DNA of 64,000 nt, from NCBI GenBank assembly GCA_028534125.1, contig CM052817.1:36892001-36956000 (forward strand). Direction: 5' to 3'. Source of the stretch: Lama glama. Taxonomy: Eukaryota. The position numbers were made by a program, and so were the translations under genes. The notes beneath the pieces are model-generated. The model did not search any database, had not been told where the DNA came from, and worked only from the letters and a program-made list of their open reading frames with translations. The stretch's first letter is position 1, and every line of letters begins with the position of its first letter. This document shows positions 63,016-64,000 of this stretch, piece after piece.

Positions 63016-64000
63016 AAAACACTATTGGCAACTAAACAAAAATGCATATAAGCCCACTTTAAAATATATTCTTTTAGTTTGCATAAGTTTGTGAGAAGAT
63101 TTCTGTACATTGAAGACAGGAGTTCCAACCCTTCCAGCTTACCAACTGGGTCCCTTATTTATAGAGCAGCCACTGCCACCAAGCTGGCCCTGTGACCCCA
63201 TGAACCTAAGACTTCTGTAAAATTAAAAAGCAAACAAAATTTAAAAGTTTCTTCAAACAACTATTTGAGGATTTGGGCATCTTAGACATTAGGAATCTGG
63301 TTTAAACCACAAAGTTCTCTTTTCGGGCCCAAATTAATATTTAGGTGAAGTGATTTCTTTTCTCATTTTTGTGCTAAGTGCTATTTACCTATTACTCAGT
63401 TAAGAAGGACTAGGTGGGACAAAATTAATAAACGTTCAAAGGGAAATATTTATGTTAAGATGAAGAACAGCTTATTCACCTAAATTTGTCTTGTACGAGC
63501 ACTGAATTTATTTAGGGAAAAGTGCCAGTAAAGGTGAAGCATTCCCCAAGCGAATGATTGAATAACAAAAGATAGTTGATGAAATAACCAGAGAATTAAG
63601 GGAGAAGGAATGTGAGGTGGGGGCAAAGCTAACCTTCAGGAAGAAAAAGGAGCCAAGGAGGCCAGGGACAAGCACAGAGAGAGAGGAAACATTCTGGAAC
63701 AGGACAGTCACAAGAAGAGCAAACATGTCAGCTGTGGATTTTTTATGCAGATTTCTGCACTCTGTGTCTTGTGACCTTCTATGACCCCACAAACAGACAG
63801 CTAACACAGAGGTTTTAAGCTTCCCTAAATTATTTAAACTTACCAAAAAAAAAAAGCAGGCCTCAAGCCATACAGCCATGAAACCTGGAGACACATAACT
63901 CTCTCTTAATAAATAGTAATAATTCTCTTCCTTAGGGATTTTTAGTGCTTAAATGGTTTATGGTGATGTATGGTCATTATCTCCTCCCAGTGAAGGAGGA

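Noticed and set aside
1..64000. CRISPR arrays, operons or prokaryotic defence systems
   Set aside because: The sequence is mammalian (spliced SIBLING genes, LINE/SINE/LTR content). No repeat-spacer arrays are present.

Overview
Mammalian (not microbial) genomic DNA from the SCPP/SIBLING bone-and-tooth gene cluster, with both genes on the minus strand. The window contains the complete DMP1 gene: non-coding exon 1 at about 43599-43700, coding exons at 38402-38455, 37870-37917, 35231-35263, 34999-35046 and 31723-33099, all with GT-AG phase-0 junctions, giving 519 aa, and a poly(A) signal near 30730. It also contains the 3' end of DSPP (last 73 codons of the Asp/Ser-repeat phosphophoryn domain at 60608-60829, plus the 3' UTR), cut off by a 500-N gap. 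The rest is intergenic or intronic DNA dense in L1, L2, MIR, MaLR/ERVL/ERV1 LTRs and DNA transposons. Two tRNA-Ala-derived SINEs resemble vic-1 and point to a camelid genome. I found no evidence of a wholly new biological system. The best leads are: an Asp-to-Glu change at the P1' residue of the DMP1 BMP1/tolloid cleavage motif (MQS-EDP instead of MQS-DDP), an in-frame upstream AUG, a short L1 3' transduction with clean target-site duplications (TSDs), a possible decayed micro-exon in DMP1 intron 4, a strong CTCF motif downstream of DMP1, and signs that the 500-N gap hides most of DSPP. Repeat family names and human/mouse comparisons are from recalled sequences, not from searches, and repeat boundaries are approximate.
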